NCBI GenBank assembly: GCA_951406725.2
Contig: OX597818.1
Location: forward strand, 15,872,001 to 15,936,000
Reading direction: 5' to 3'
DNA: 64,000 nucleotides
Source of the DNA: Octopus vulgaris
Taxonomy: Eukaryota
Made by a program: the position numbers and the translations under genes. How positions within the stretch are numbered: position 1 is the stretch's first letter; every line of letters begins with the position of its first letter. Below the pieces are notes generated by a model. That model saw nothing but the letters and a program-made list of their open reading frames with translations. It was not told the origin of the DNA and searched no databases. Positions 12,186 through 24,163 of the stretch are shown here, piece after piece.

Positions 12186-12444
12186 TTAGAGAAAAAAGCC
12201 ACTATTACGCAATTCAAACAATGACAGACATAAACCAAATCATAAGTAACAAATAAATATATTTTTATAAAACATAACTTGATCAAAAAAAGTATAAAAA
12301 TGAATAATCAATATATAATAAGTAAATAATATGAGTGCTTTCTTGTGCCTTTGTTCCCACCACTGTTTGACAACCAGCATTGGTGCGTTTACATCCTCAT
12401 CACTCACCAGTTTGACAAAAGAGACTGATATGCACATCTCTCTT

Positions 12445-12482
<38 letters not shown>

Positions 12483-12483
12483 A

Positions 12484-12875
12484 GTGAAATCGGAATCGAA
12501 ATTGAACCAATCCTATGACTGGCACCCGGCAGATGCCAGGACCCCTGGACTGGAGATACGTAAAAAGCACTATCCGAATCGTGGCCAAAGCCAGTGCCGC
12601 CTCGACTGGCTTCCGTGCAGGTGGCACGTAAAATGCACCAATCCGACCGTGGCCGATGCCAGCCTCGCCTGGCACCAGTGCAGGTGGCACGTAAAAAGCA
12701 CCCACTACACTCACGGAGTGGTTGGTGTTAGGAAGGGCATCCAGCTGTAGAAACATTGCCAGATAAGACCGGAGCCTGGTGCAGCCTTCTGGCTTCCCAG
12801 ATCCCCGGTCGAACCGTCCAACCCATGCTAGCATGGAGAACGGACGTTAAACGATGATGATGATGATGATGATGA
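12484..12875 (+). mobile_element. Young RTE 3' UTR/tail copy inside (TA)n
   Basis: CpG-rich, ends in (GAT)n; last about 200 bp nearly identical to 23900-24132. Confidence 0.85.
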
Positions 12876-12887
12876 TTATATACACAC

Positions 12888-12919
<32 letters not shown>

Positions 12920-13005
12920 TTTATACACACACATACACACACACATACACACACACACACATACACACACCTTATATATATGGCAATATCTTTTTACATC
13001 ATCCA

Positions 13006-13037
<32 letters not shown>

Positions 13038-13155
13038 GTGCAAGGGTAAATCCCAGCTGTTTCCTCTTGAAGCACGTCAATATGTATCTATGGTCGCTGC
13101 TCTATGTTAGCCAAATTGCATTAAAAGTTGAGAATTATGGAAATATTATTTGCAG

Positions 13156-13262
13156 GGTTATTGTATAATAAAACAGGAAAATGGAAATTTTCTGGTATTA
13201 TTTATTCTTATGTTCAATTTGCTAGTGTTGGAATCACAAAATTTTACATGTTAGATGGACAT
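13156..13262 (+). CDS. Candidate host exon (LLYNKTGKWKFSGIIYSYVQFASVGITKFYMLDGH)
   Basis: Acceptor attatttgcag, donor CAT|gtaaga, 107 nt open (phase 1 to 0), unique sequence. No protein recognised. Confidence 0.35.
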
Positions 13263-13574
13263 GTAAGAAATTTGCTTTTAGAAAATCGTCAGACAGAGAA
13301 AAAATATTATAGTACAGATATCATATTAGGATGAAACGTTTTATATTTGGATATTAGGAGCATCATAAACAGCTGTAGTGAGGGAAAGAGAAAGATCTAC
13401 ATACATGCTTGCACGGACAATCGCACATACATACACACATGCACATAAACATTCTAGTACACAACCCCATATACTCATTCTTTTTAAGCCTGTCAAACTG
13501 GTGAGCGATGAGGACATAAACATACCAACGGCGGTTGTCAAACAGTGGTGGGGAACAAAGGCACAAGAAAGCAC

Positions 13575-13650
13575 TCATATATATACATATGTATCTGTGT
13601 GTATGTATTACATTATATATGTATGTATGTATGTATACATGAATACATAC

Positions 13651-13721
<71 letters not shown>

Positions 13722-13798
13722 TATATACATACATATATACATACATGCATGCATACATACATACATACATACATATATATATATATATGTATGTATGT

Positions 13799-13847
<49 letters not shown>
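13575..13847. repeat. Compound (TA)n/(TATG)n/(TACA)n microsatellite
   Basis: Direct. Confidence 0.95.
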
Positions 13848-13850
<3 letters not shown>

Positions 13851-14235
13851 TCATCATCATCATCATCGTTTAGCGTCCGTTTTCCATGCTAGCATGGGTT
13901 GGACGGTTCTACTGTGGTCTGTGAAGCCAGAAGGCTTCATCAGGCCCAGTCAAATCTGGCAGTGTTTCTACGGCTGGATGCCCTTCCTAACGCCAACCAC
14001 TCCATGAGTGTAGTGGGTGCTTTTTACATGCCACCCGCACAGGTGCCAGACAGAGCTGGCAAACGGCCATGAACGGATGGTGCTTTTTATGTGCCACCGG
14101 CACGAGGGCCAAGCGAGGCTGGCAACGGACACGAAACGGGGCGGTGCTGGCAACGGTTGCAAAACGGAAGGTTCTCTTACATGCCACCGGCACTCGTAAC
14201 ACATCTGCAATTTCCATTGATCGATTTCGACTCCG
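13848..14235 (-). mobile_element. RTE 3' UTR/tail copy
   Basis: (CAT)n then CGTTTAGCGTCCGTTTTCCATGCTAGCATGGG..GGATGCCCTTCCTAACGCCAACC. Confidence 0.85.
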
Positions 14236-14266
14236 ATATATATATATATATATTTATATATATGTA

Positions 14267-15843
14267 TGACTGTATGATGCATGTGTACGTACAGCCATGC
14301 TTCATGGTAGTGAAACATGGGCCGTGACTGCTGAGGATATGCGTAAGCTCGCAAGAAATGAAGCCAGTATGCTCCGATGGATGTGTAATGTCAGCGTTCA
14401 TAATCGTCAGAGTTTAAGTACCTTGAGAGAAAAGTTGAACCTAAGAAGCGTCAGTTGTGGTGTGCAAGAGAGACGGCTGCGCTGGTATGGTCATGTGACG
14501 AGAATGGCTGAAGATAGTTGTGTGCAAAAGTGCTACACCCTAGCAGTTGAGGGAACCTGTGGAAGAGGTAGACCCAGGAAAACCTGGGATGAGGTGGTGA
14601 AGCACGACCTTCAAACTTTAGGTCTCACTAAGGAAATGACTAGAGACCGAGACCTATGGAAGTATACTGTGCGTGAGAAGACCAGGCAAGACTAGTCAGG
14701 TCATAACCCGTGGCCCCTACCTGGGACGTAGTCAGTCCACCTGTGCATACCTTCCTTCTTGTGACACTTGTGAAGACCTGTTGAGGCAAGTGAAAATCAA
14801 ATCAAATCAAATCAAAACAAATCAAAATAGATGAACACCTCATCTGGCACCTGTGTCGGTGGCACATAAAAACACCATTCGAAGACCCGGCAAGACTAGT
14901 CAGGCCATAACCCGTGGCCCCTACCTGGGACGTAGTCAGTCCACCTGTGCATACCTTCCTTCCTTCTTGTGACACTTGTGAAGACCTGTTGAGGCAAGTG
15001 AAAATCAAAAAACAAATCAAAATAGATGAACATCAATGGAATTTGTATCTTTGTGGTACCAGTGCCGGTGGCACACAAGAAAACCATCCAAACGTGGCGG
15101 TAGCCAGTACCGCATCGACTGGCCTCCGTGCTGTGTGCAAGTAACAAACACCATCCGATCGTGGCCGTTTGCCAGCCTCATCTGGCACCTGTGTCGGTGG
15201 CACATAAAAACACCATCCGAAGACCCGGCAAGACTAGTCAGGCCATAACCCGTGGCCCTACCTGGGACGTAGTCAGTCCACCTGTGCATACCTTCTTCTT
15301 GTGACACTTGTGAAGACCTTCTGAGGCAAGTGAAAATCAAAACAAAACAAATCAAAATAGATGAACATCAATGGAATTTGTATCTTTGTGATACCAGTGC
15401 CGGTGGCACACAAGAAAACCATCCGAACGTGGCCGTAGCCAGTACCGCATCGACTGGCCTCCGTGCTGCGGGCACGTAACAAACACCATCCGATCGTGGC
15501 CGTTCGCCAGCCTCATCTGGCACCTGTGTCGGTGGCACATAAAAACACCATCCGAGCGTGGCCGTCTGCCAGCCTCGTCTGGCACCTGTGTCGGTGGCAC
15601 ATAAAAAACACCATCCGAGTGTGGCCGTTCGCCAGCCTCGTCTGGCACCTGTGTCGGTGGCACATAAAATCACCCACTACACTCTCGGAGTGGTTGGCGT
15701 TAGGAAGGGCATCCAGCTGTAGAAACACTGCCAGATCTGACTGGCCTGGTGCAGCCTTCGGGCTCCCCAGACCCCAGTTGAACCGTCCAACCCATGCTAG
15801 CATGGAAAACGGACGCTAAATGAATGATGATGATGATGATGAT
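14267..15843 (+). mobile_element. 5'-truncated RTE LINE (RT C-terminus plus tandemly triplicated 3' UTR)
   Basis: ORF 14297-14695 MLHGSETW..RRLRWYGHV..GRGRPRKTW; UTR block restarts at 14677, 14881 and 15219; (GAT)n tail. Confidence 0.92.
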
Positions 15844-16244
15844 GTATGCATGTATGTATGTGTGTACATATATATATATATGAAACAATTGTACTGAACA
15901 ACTAATCCATTCTTGTTGCTTTTTCCTTGTTTATAATCACCCCACATTATTTTATGGTTAATACCATATTGATTTCTGGTGCATCTAAGTTAAGTACCGC
16001 ATTCATGTGAATTCATTGGAACTCACTTGAATCTTAATTGTTTTTACTGAAAGTATATATATACACACACACACACGACGGGCTTCTTTCAGCTTTCGTG
16101 TATCAAATCCACTCACAACGCTTTGCTCAGCCTGAAGCTATAGTAGAAGACACTTGCCCAAGGTCCCATGCAGAGGGATGGAATGCAGAACCATGTGGTT
16201 GCGAGGCATACTCTAAAGCATTAGAGCAGTAATATATTTTTTTA

Positions 16245-16351
16245 GGAAGTTAAATGGTCATAGAGTAACCATTGGTTTTGCACCTATAAAGCGCTTAGTA
16301 ATATATGTGAGAAACCAATGGTCACTATAACTGGCCATTACTTTTAACTTC

Positions 16352-16352
<1 letters not shown>
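16245..16352. mobile_element. Small hairpin MITE
   Basis: GGAAGTTAAA..ACCATTGGTTT inverted as AAACCAATGGT..TTTAACTTCC. Confidence 0.6.
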
Positions 16353-16393
<41 letters not shown>

Positions 16394-16397
<4 letters not shown>

Positions 16398-16594
16398 TAA
16401 TCCAAACATGAAAACACAAAGAGAAAACACAACAACGCGAGGACGTGGAACAAATATAGTATTATTGGACGCTCAGGAAGGAAGGAAGGGAAGAAGGAGG
16501 GTTTAACGTTTCGAGCGGAGCTCTTCGTCGGAAACATAGAAGGGAAGACAGAGGAAAAAAAATCGCCAACGGTACACACGCGGTCACATTTTGA

Positions 16595-16595
<1 letters not shown>
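16394..16595 (-). mobile_element. About 200-bp Penelope-type non-autonomous element embedded in (TA)n
   Basis: CpG-rich block flanked by TA tracts; contains a hammerhead motif; shares TTCCTGAGCG..CCA..TAC with 37790-37995. Confidence 0.7.
16501..16535 (-). ncRNA. Minimal type I hammerhead ribozyme, U4C core variant
   Basis: Minus: gttt CCGACGA a gagc-tcc-gctc GAAA cg tt aaac. Stems I and II pair perfectly; palindromic AACGTT at stem III. Confidence 0.7.
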
Positions 16596-16643
<48 letters not shown>

Positions 16644-16663
16644 GAACCTTGCAAAACGGACAG

Positions 16664-16736
<73 letters not shown>

Positions 16737-16799
16737 TAACAAGCATATCTTAACTGCAAGCCAAAATATCCATGCATATATGTGCGTTTATGTATAAGC

Positions 16800-17640
16800 A
16801 CACACACACACATACACAATCTTCGCCAGCTACCAGTCATAGCGAAAGGGACTGCTGGCTGACTAAATGAAAGCAGATATATACAATTAATGATCGCTTA
16901 GCAAGCTGTAAAGTTATGCCAACCAGTACAGTTTTAGAGGTTATTTTTTTGTTTATTGCGTAACCCATGCCGTCATCTTATCACAGAGTACAGCTTCTGC
17001 TGTATAAACCAATTAACTTTCAACCTTGATGGCAGTTAACTAACAAACAGTACCCAGAATCTGACAGCATTAAATATTTCTTGAAAGTAGGAAAAACCCA
17101 ATAAATGTTAAATTAACTATAATAATAAAGAAATGTTTAATTGATAACAGAGAGAGAAGTTGGAAACGTAGAATAAACGAAAATCGAATGTAAACTGTCC
17201 GTAAGTAAAACAAAACAGTACTGCTTTCAGTAGCAGTATTCTTTATGTGAACTGAAGTGAAAGCAGTCTACGTTGCTGCTTGACGAAATGCATAAATGCA
17301 GACGAAGTAACTTTTTTTTATTTGGCTGTTTCACCATGTTTTCTAATGAGTCAGTGTTGTATGCACGTGACTTAGCCATGAATGTAACGTGATTTTTGAC
17401 TGAGCTTCTTTTAACGTTGACCTACTTTTAATAGTAGTATTGTTTAAATTCTGTTTCACTTTACATGTATCCTGGTTAAAAATAGAATTGTAATTTGCCC
17501 TAAAATTAAATGACCCTTTCTACTTAAAACGCAACGCCTGAAAGCTAGCCAAAACACCGACCCAGGTGCTCAAATGGTACTTATTTCATCGACTCGGAAA
17601 GAACGAAAGGCAAAGTCGATCTCGACAGAAATTTGACGGA
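16800..17640. promoter_or_regulatory. Putative unmethylated promoter/enhancer island
   Basis: Mostly unique sequence that visibly retains CpG; TGAGTCA 17347-17353, CACGTG 17364-17369, donor-like GTAAGT 17201-17206. Confidence 0.3.
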
Positions 17641-17644
17641 CGAT

Positions 17645-19730
17645 ATACGACATGCTTCCACATGTGCCCCTCCACCCCTGGTCTTTGTTTCCTCATACCT
17701 TCCAGAAAAATTTATATTTTTGTATGAAATTTTCAAAAAATACACTTCAGATGGTGTAGATTCCAATTATATAAGAATTTGTCATGAAAAATAAAAAATT
17801 TGGAGTGTGGAGAGGGGATTTGGAAAATTCACATGAGTCGGCTTTGTTTCCTCATAACCTCCAGAAAAATAGGTATTTTTAATGAAATTTTATATAAATA
17901 CCTTTCAGAGTGTGTAGATTATGATTACATCGGAATTTAATGCGTAAAACAAAATTGGTGTGGGTTCGTGGACCTACATATTGACACATCATATACAGGG
18001 TGTTTCAAAAAATTTTATATCATTTCGCAATCCAATAACTTTGACAGTTCTTGTTCAAATGACTTCAAATTTTAACAGCATGTGTAGAAACAGATCAAAA
18101 TTTTATGTTTAATGTTTGATATGTTTATCTTTTCAGGTATAGAAATGGTATTCACTGGAAGAGAAAAGGCGTGTTGTGTGTTGGAGTATGTTGAAACAGG
18201 ACTGTGCAGCGTGCATTTGTGAGAGAGTTCTCTAAAAAGTCACCAACTGCAATGCAGATTTGGACATGGCACAAAAAATTCAAAGAGGAAGGCTATCTGT
18301 GCAGAGCAAAAGGATCTGGACGACCACTAACATTGGAAGAGACTGTCCAGCGAGTCTGCCAAAAACTCTTGTGAAGCCCCAAGAAGTCTATAAGAAGAAC
18401 AAGTCTGGAAACCCAGATTCCTCCAACAATAGTTTGGCGCATCCTGAAGAAACGCTTACTAATGAAACTGTGCAAACTAGAGCTTGTTCAGGCCATAACA
18501 GCAGATAACAAGAGGAAGCGCAAACACTTCTTTGTTGATATGCAAGAGAAACTTGAAGAAGCCAAGTTCAAGGATTGTTTTCAGTGATGAGGCCATTTCA
18601 TACGAATAGCAAAGTCAGTAAGCATAATGTTCGCATTTGGGGCAATGAAAATCCCCATGTCACAAATGAGCATGAGAGGGACTCACCAAAAATGAATGTT
18701 CTACACCATCTCCAAGAAGCATCTTTATGGCCCATTTTTCTTTGGGAGAAATGTGACTGATGATGTTTATCTGCAAATGCTTCAGAACTGGCTAATGGAT
18801 GAGTTCATTGCAAATGAACATGAAGACTTCTTTTTTTTAACAGGACGGGGTTCCACCTCACTGGAAGCTCACTATGTGGGCTTATCTCAATGACAGTCTG
18901 CAAGGGAGATGGATCGGGCATGCTGATGATGAAGACAATGTGCTGTTGAAATGGCCACCACATTTACCTGACCTGATACCTTGCAATTTTTTTTTTCATC
19001 TGGGGCTATGTGAAGGGCTTGGTCTATGTGGCCCCACCTCTTCCTGCAAACCTAAAGGAACTCAAGGAGAGAATCACTGCCACACTGGAGACTGTTACCC
19101 AAGACATGTTGCAGCATGTTTGGGAGGAGCTGGACTACCGACTTGACATGTGCCGTGTTTCAGGCGGTACGCATATTTAACATTTGTGAAATCGTTCATG
19201 GAATCCACATACCTTTGAATTTCTCATTCAGATTTGGAGGAATAAATCTTATGTTGCTCAACATTAAGCCTGTTTAGTTTCATTTCCTTTGACTATGTAG
19301 TTTCTGTGTTATTTAACTCTCAAATAATATCAAATTTTTTGAAATACCTTGCATATCTACAAAATGTAACTTGAAATTCGAGAAAAATTGTGATATGCAT
19401 CAGTACATATGTGTATGTGTTCACCAATTTTGTTTTGGATATTAAAGAATGATATTATCGTAATTTACACTCTGAAAAGTATTTGCAGGAAATTTCATTA
19501 AAAAAAAAAAGACCCATTTTTGCAAACAATGAAACAAAACTAACTTGGTGAGTTTTCAGAAACTCATAACCTACCTTCGGAAAAATGTTTGTCAACACAA
19601 ATTCCAATAAAATCAGAGTCTACAACATCTGAAGCATATTAGAAGAAAATTTCATTAAAACATATCCATTTTTCTGGAAGTTATGAGGCAACAAAGTCGG
19701 TGGGAGATACACATATGGAGGTATTTCCGA
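17645..19730. mobile_element. Long-TIR MITE with internal subrepeats, split by a rosa-like transposon
   Basis: CTTTGTTTCCTCATA(A)CCTYCCAGAAAAA blocks near 17680 and 17842 are inverted near 19670-19700 and 19400-19545. Confidence 0.7.
17996..19351 (+). mobile_element. Near full-length decayed rosa/Visitor-like Tc1/mariner transposon
   Basis: ATG near 18145 MVFTGREKACCVLEY; VFSDEA; HNVRIWG; QDGVPPH..GRWIG..WPPHLPDLIPCNFF; ends GGTHI*HL; TIR CAGGGTGTTTCAAAAAATTT after TA. Confidence 0.9.
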
Positions 19731-19930
19731 AATGCTGCATGGATCTTGTTAACTTTCTTCCAACCACTTTAGGAAAACAGCATTCATTTTTTTCTGGAAG
19801 TAAATTTCATTGTGTATTCTGTTCTTCATGACATCAGCAATGGAGGTTTTTGATTGACTAAAATTACTTGACTTTATATGCTTGTAACTTCTTTATTATT
19901 AATTTCTAGGGGGGAAAAAAAAAGGAAGGA

Positions 19931-20186
19931 CATCATCATCATCATCATCATCATCATCACCACCACCACCACCACCACCATCATCATCATCATCGCTTAA
20001 CGTCCACTTTCAATGCTGGCATGGGTTGGACGATTTGACTGAGGACTGGCAAACCAGATGGCTGCACCAGGCTCCAATCTGAACTAGCAGAGTTTCTATG
20101 GCTGGATGCCCTTCCTAACGCCAACCACTCCAAGAGTGTAGTGGGTGCTTTTACATGCCATTGGCACGAGGACCAGTCAGGGGGCA
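19931..20186 (-). mobile_element. RTE 3' tail copy with (CAT)n/(CAC)n tail
   Basis: Family tail motif. Confidence 0.85.
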
Positions 20187-20690
20187 AAACTACATTTTGA
20201 AAATAATTTGGCAGTATGAACTGTCTTATACATATGTAATCATAGATATTGTTTAATCATCTATTATGATTAATTAAACAAACTTAATTGCCTTTTAATA
20301 GTATATTTTATAAACATAAAACACTAAAGTTAATAAAAAATAACTTAATAGTTGTTTTATAGTATATTTTATATGAGTTGTTTACCTGTGAATGACTACT
20401 AAGAGTAATGAAACTTAATAATTTCCCATTATATTCTATAATAATAATATATATTGTATGGTGAAGGCACTTTCATGTGTAAACATGCGTACGACAATGA
20501 TTTTCAGACACAGATGATACACAAAATCTTCAGCTATCTTTCAATAACAGTACAAGGAAAATGAAACATTTTCTTTGACAATTTTCACCAAAAATATTTA
20601 TTTCTTCAATTTTTTTTCAGCTGAACTGCTTCATGTTTATGTATTTATTGTGTATGTATTATATATTTATGTGTATGTAAGTATAGTTTT

Positions 20691-21760
20691 TGTCATGCGT
20701 GGGAAATGAAAAGAGGTTCACCTACCTTCCTCTCTCGTCTGTGCCCGTCTAGTAGTAGTCACTCCAGTGATCCTGCCCTACCCTGTCACCCAGTATAAGG
20801 AGCTGCTATCTCACCAACCCAAGAGCAAATTCCCTCATGTCCATTTGCAATGCCTCAGCTGGCCAAAAAAGGACAACCCTGTCCTGCCCCCACCACCCGC
20901 ACTTCCCTTCTCACACTTCCTCTTCCAGTCAGTCCCTTGACCACTGATGTCATGGCCCTCTTCTTCTGGCTCATCCCCACGCACCCCTGATCTCAAAGAT
21001 CACCTCACTTCACTCTATGTCGAAATCTACCACCTACTCAGATGGGCGCCTTGCACGTTGTGATCTTCTTAAACTGGGAACTTCACCCTCTTCCTCTTCT
21101 CCACAATCATCATCTGACGAAGCGACAATCCTACAAACATCCAAGACATGAAGTGGCATTCTATCCAGAGAGATGTTGTTTTTGGAATTGAGAGCTGTAA
21201 CCATTCCTCTGCTCCACTGAGTTGTGCAGTGTGCTTTTGGTGGTTTGACCCAGACTTCATCTCCCACCTGCACGAAGTCAGGCCCTCCCTCTTCTACAGG
21301 ATATCTCAATGGTTTACTCGGACGCTGCCATTCATATTTGAATATTGCTCTGCGTGGCACAGACTCTTTGGCCTGTCTTGATCAGGGCGACATGTTGTAC
21401 CAGGACACCGCTTCTGGTGGTGAGACATGTCCCCTCTCCACCATGGCCTTGATCGTTTGATGATGTCTCTCCATGATCCCATTTCCACTCAGCCTGCATG
21501 CCACTAAAAAGGCAGTGCACTTTCCACCTGTCAAGCATCTCCTTCAGTGCCTCCAAACGAAATTCTGTGCTGTTGTCCATCTGCAATTCGTCCACAGGAC
21601 CCTGCTCTAAGAATGCCTCATTTAGAATATGTGCCATCTTGTCCACAATGCCTGTCTTCAATTCCCTCCAAATGGCCATCTGGCCCGGCCCACAATCGAC
21701 CATCGAGAGATACGTCCCCTGCCAGTAGTGTGTTACATCCACTGCTAATCATCTCAAGTT
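20691..21760 (-). mobile_element. Gypsy LTR retrotransposon remnant: integrase (about 21034-21760), PPT-like tract and probable 3' LTR (about 20691-20980)
   Basis: LAVDVTHY..LSMVDCGPG..GPVDELQMDNSTEF..GNGIMERHHQTIK..VGDEVWVKPP; purine-rich GAGATCAGGGG on minus before a TG..CA-bounded block. LTR edges uncertain. Confidence 0.85.
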
Positions 21761-22908
21761 ATGTAACAACATTGTGCAACATAGGGAGGTAGTACCATGA
21801 CAACATTTTAGGACAGCTGCTAATCACGTGTGATATCTTCCACAGAAATATGACATAGACTACACATGCAGTTGCACCTTGGGATTACAAGAGTGTCACT
21901 GTCTCTCTTGTTCACCAGGTACTTTGCAGCAATCTCCTGTTCCTGGATTGCAAATGCATAGCCTTGAAAGTGAGATGTGTAGTGGTCTTGTGTCCAAGTG
22001 AGGCTGCGCTTCATGTAAATTCTACTATCTTCTTCAGGCTTCCGGGCAACATACCTATGCATAGTCTTTTTCTCGTATGTTGAATGCTTCTTATCCAGGT
22101 CTTCTCTGAGGTAAGAGAGCCCAGCTGTATAAGAGATCATCAGGAAGAGAGTGTTTCTTGAGGAGCTCACTGCCAGCTCATACAATGTTGCTCACTTCAC
22201 TTTTCAGTACTGCATTTTTATATTTATTTTTGCTGCTGTTGTTTAACAGGTGTTGCCTGAGTGATACCATATGGCATTCGAAGGCCGTCTACACCAATCT
22301 CAGGCCTCTACTACCTTCATTTCTTCTTAGGTAGAGCCTGTTAACATCACTGTTTCTGTGGAACTTCCCAGTTGTTGTCAGGATTTTGCGGGTTTTGATA
22401 TCTATGGAGTGGATTTTCTCTACAGACCAATCAAGTATCCCAAATGTTGGGATCAGAACTGGTGCTGCAAATGCATATGACTGTCATATTTTCCTAAGTT
22501 TGGTGTAATATTCTTGGGTTACTCTGTCTATATTCACAGTGCTTTCATTTGATATATTTTCATCTATGCCTAGATACTTGTAACATTCTTTGTGTGGAAT
22601 GAGGGCGATAGAGAGACCATTGATACACAGGTTTTGAGTTTGGGGGACTGGCTTTCCTTGTACTATAACCAAATATGAATATTTCTTTTGGCTAAATTCC
22701 ATGCCTATATCAGCTGAAAATGTTATTAATTCCAGTTGTTTTCTGGCATTGTTAACACTTTGAGCATAAATCTTCAGGTCATCTATAAAGAAATTATGAG
22801 TGACATTGATATTTCTGGCAGTTGAAGATCCTAGCATGTAACCATTTGTTTTCTGTGGTAGGAAGGATAATGGATTCAGTGCCAAAATGAAAAGAAGTAC
22901 AAAAAGAG
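21761..22908 (-). mobile_element. R4/Dong-type non-LTR RT fragment ending just after the zinc knuckle
   Basis: LFILALNPLS..THNFFIDDLKIYA..YKYLGI..RLYLRRNEGSRGL..AIQEQEI..CSLCHISVEDIT(H)VISSC, with frameshifts. Confidence 0.88.
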
Positions 22909-23178
22909 TATGTATGTATGTATGTATGTATGTATGTATGTATGTATGTATGTATGTATGTATGTATGTATGTATGCAAGCCAGCCTCAGGAGGTGCAGG
23001 GCCCAATTGGGAACAGTTTTGGTGGGCCCCAGGTTCCCAGTCAACTTGCATCCTGGAAATTCCACCCCCCAACCTCGGAGTTATTTTTTATCCTCGTTTT
23101 GTTTGCAGGTGCTATCAAGTAATCTGCATCCTAATATACAACCGAAAACTTTTTTCCCCTTTGTGTATGTATGTATGT

Positions 23179-23445
23179 ATTCAGTTTATTTCAAGATTTC
23201 TTGCCAATAGAGAAAGAACCAGTTTCTAACCTAGATCAAGGTTCCTTCAATGGAATTTCAACATCAACAACAGGGTATTTTTGTTTGTATGTTTTACGTA
23301 TGTATGTGTATGTATGTGTGTGCATGTGTATATGTATGTATTATGTATGCATGTCATTATTCAGTTTTATCTCAAGACTTCTTGCCAATAGAGAAAGAGC
23401 CGGTTTCTAACTTAACTCCAAGGCTCCTTTATTGGAATTTCAACA
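23179..23445. repeat. Two copies of an about 90-bp unit separated by (TATG)n
   Basis: TTCAGTTT..CAAGAYTTCTTGCCAATAGAGAAAGA..GGAATTTCAACA at about 23179 and 23359. Confidence 0.8.
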
Positions 23446-23822
23446 GAAATGATCGTAAATATACTATTACTACCACTTTTCTTTATTAATTAATAAAATT
23501 AATGGCTTACTAGCACAAACGACCAACTTCTTCCTGTTATTTTTCCTCCATTTTCTTCTTGTATATAATTTAAACTACGGTTTACTCGCTGAATCACCTG
23601 CTACAGTATACTTTTTACCAAGGACTGTACCTATGCAGCTAACCACCAGGAGCACCTTTGGATTTAACTATCCCTTAGAGGTTTTAGACACCTCTAACTT
23701 ATGCCTATATTTATATATATGTATATATATATATATGTATATATATATATGTATATATATATATGTATTTATATATATGTATGTATATATGTATATATAT
23801 AAACACATATATATATATGTAT

Positions 23823-24129
23823 ATGGCTTCCATGTCGGTGGAATGTAAAAAGCACCATCCGAATCATAGCCGAAGCCAGTGCCGCCTTGACTGGCTTCCA
23901 TAAAATGCACCAATCCGACCGTGGCCGATGCCAGCCTCGCCTGGCACCAGTGCAGGTGGCACGTAAAAAGCACCCACTACACTCAAGTGGTTGGCGTTAG
24001 GAAGGGCATCCAGCTGTAGAAACTTTGCCAGATAAGACCGGAGCCTGGTGCAGCCTTCTGGCTTCCCAGATCCCCGGTCGAACCGTCCAACCCATGCTAG
24101 CATGGAGAACGGACGTTAAACGATGATGA

Positions 24130-24132
<3 letters not shown>
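23823..24132 (+). mobile_element. Young RTE 3' tail copy
   Basis: Near identical to 12630-12865; tail to tail with the next element across (TA)n. Confidence 0.85.

Positions 24133-24159
<27 letters not shown>

Positions 24160-24163
<4 letters not shown>

Noticed and set aside
15395-15670. CRISPR-like look of constant hairpin plus variable spacer
   Set aside because: The spacers are homologous to each other, the array is inside a eukaryotic LINE UTR, and there are no cas genes.
22484-23065. 193-aa ORF as an intact RT gene
   Set aside because: Its N-terminal part is unrelated sequence plus a (CATA)n tract read into a truncated RT fragment.
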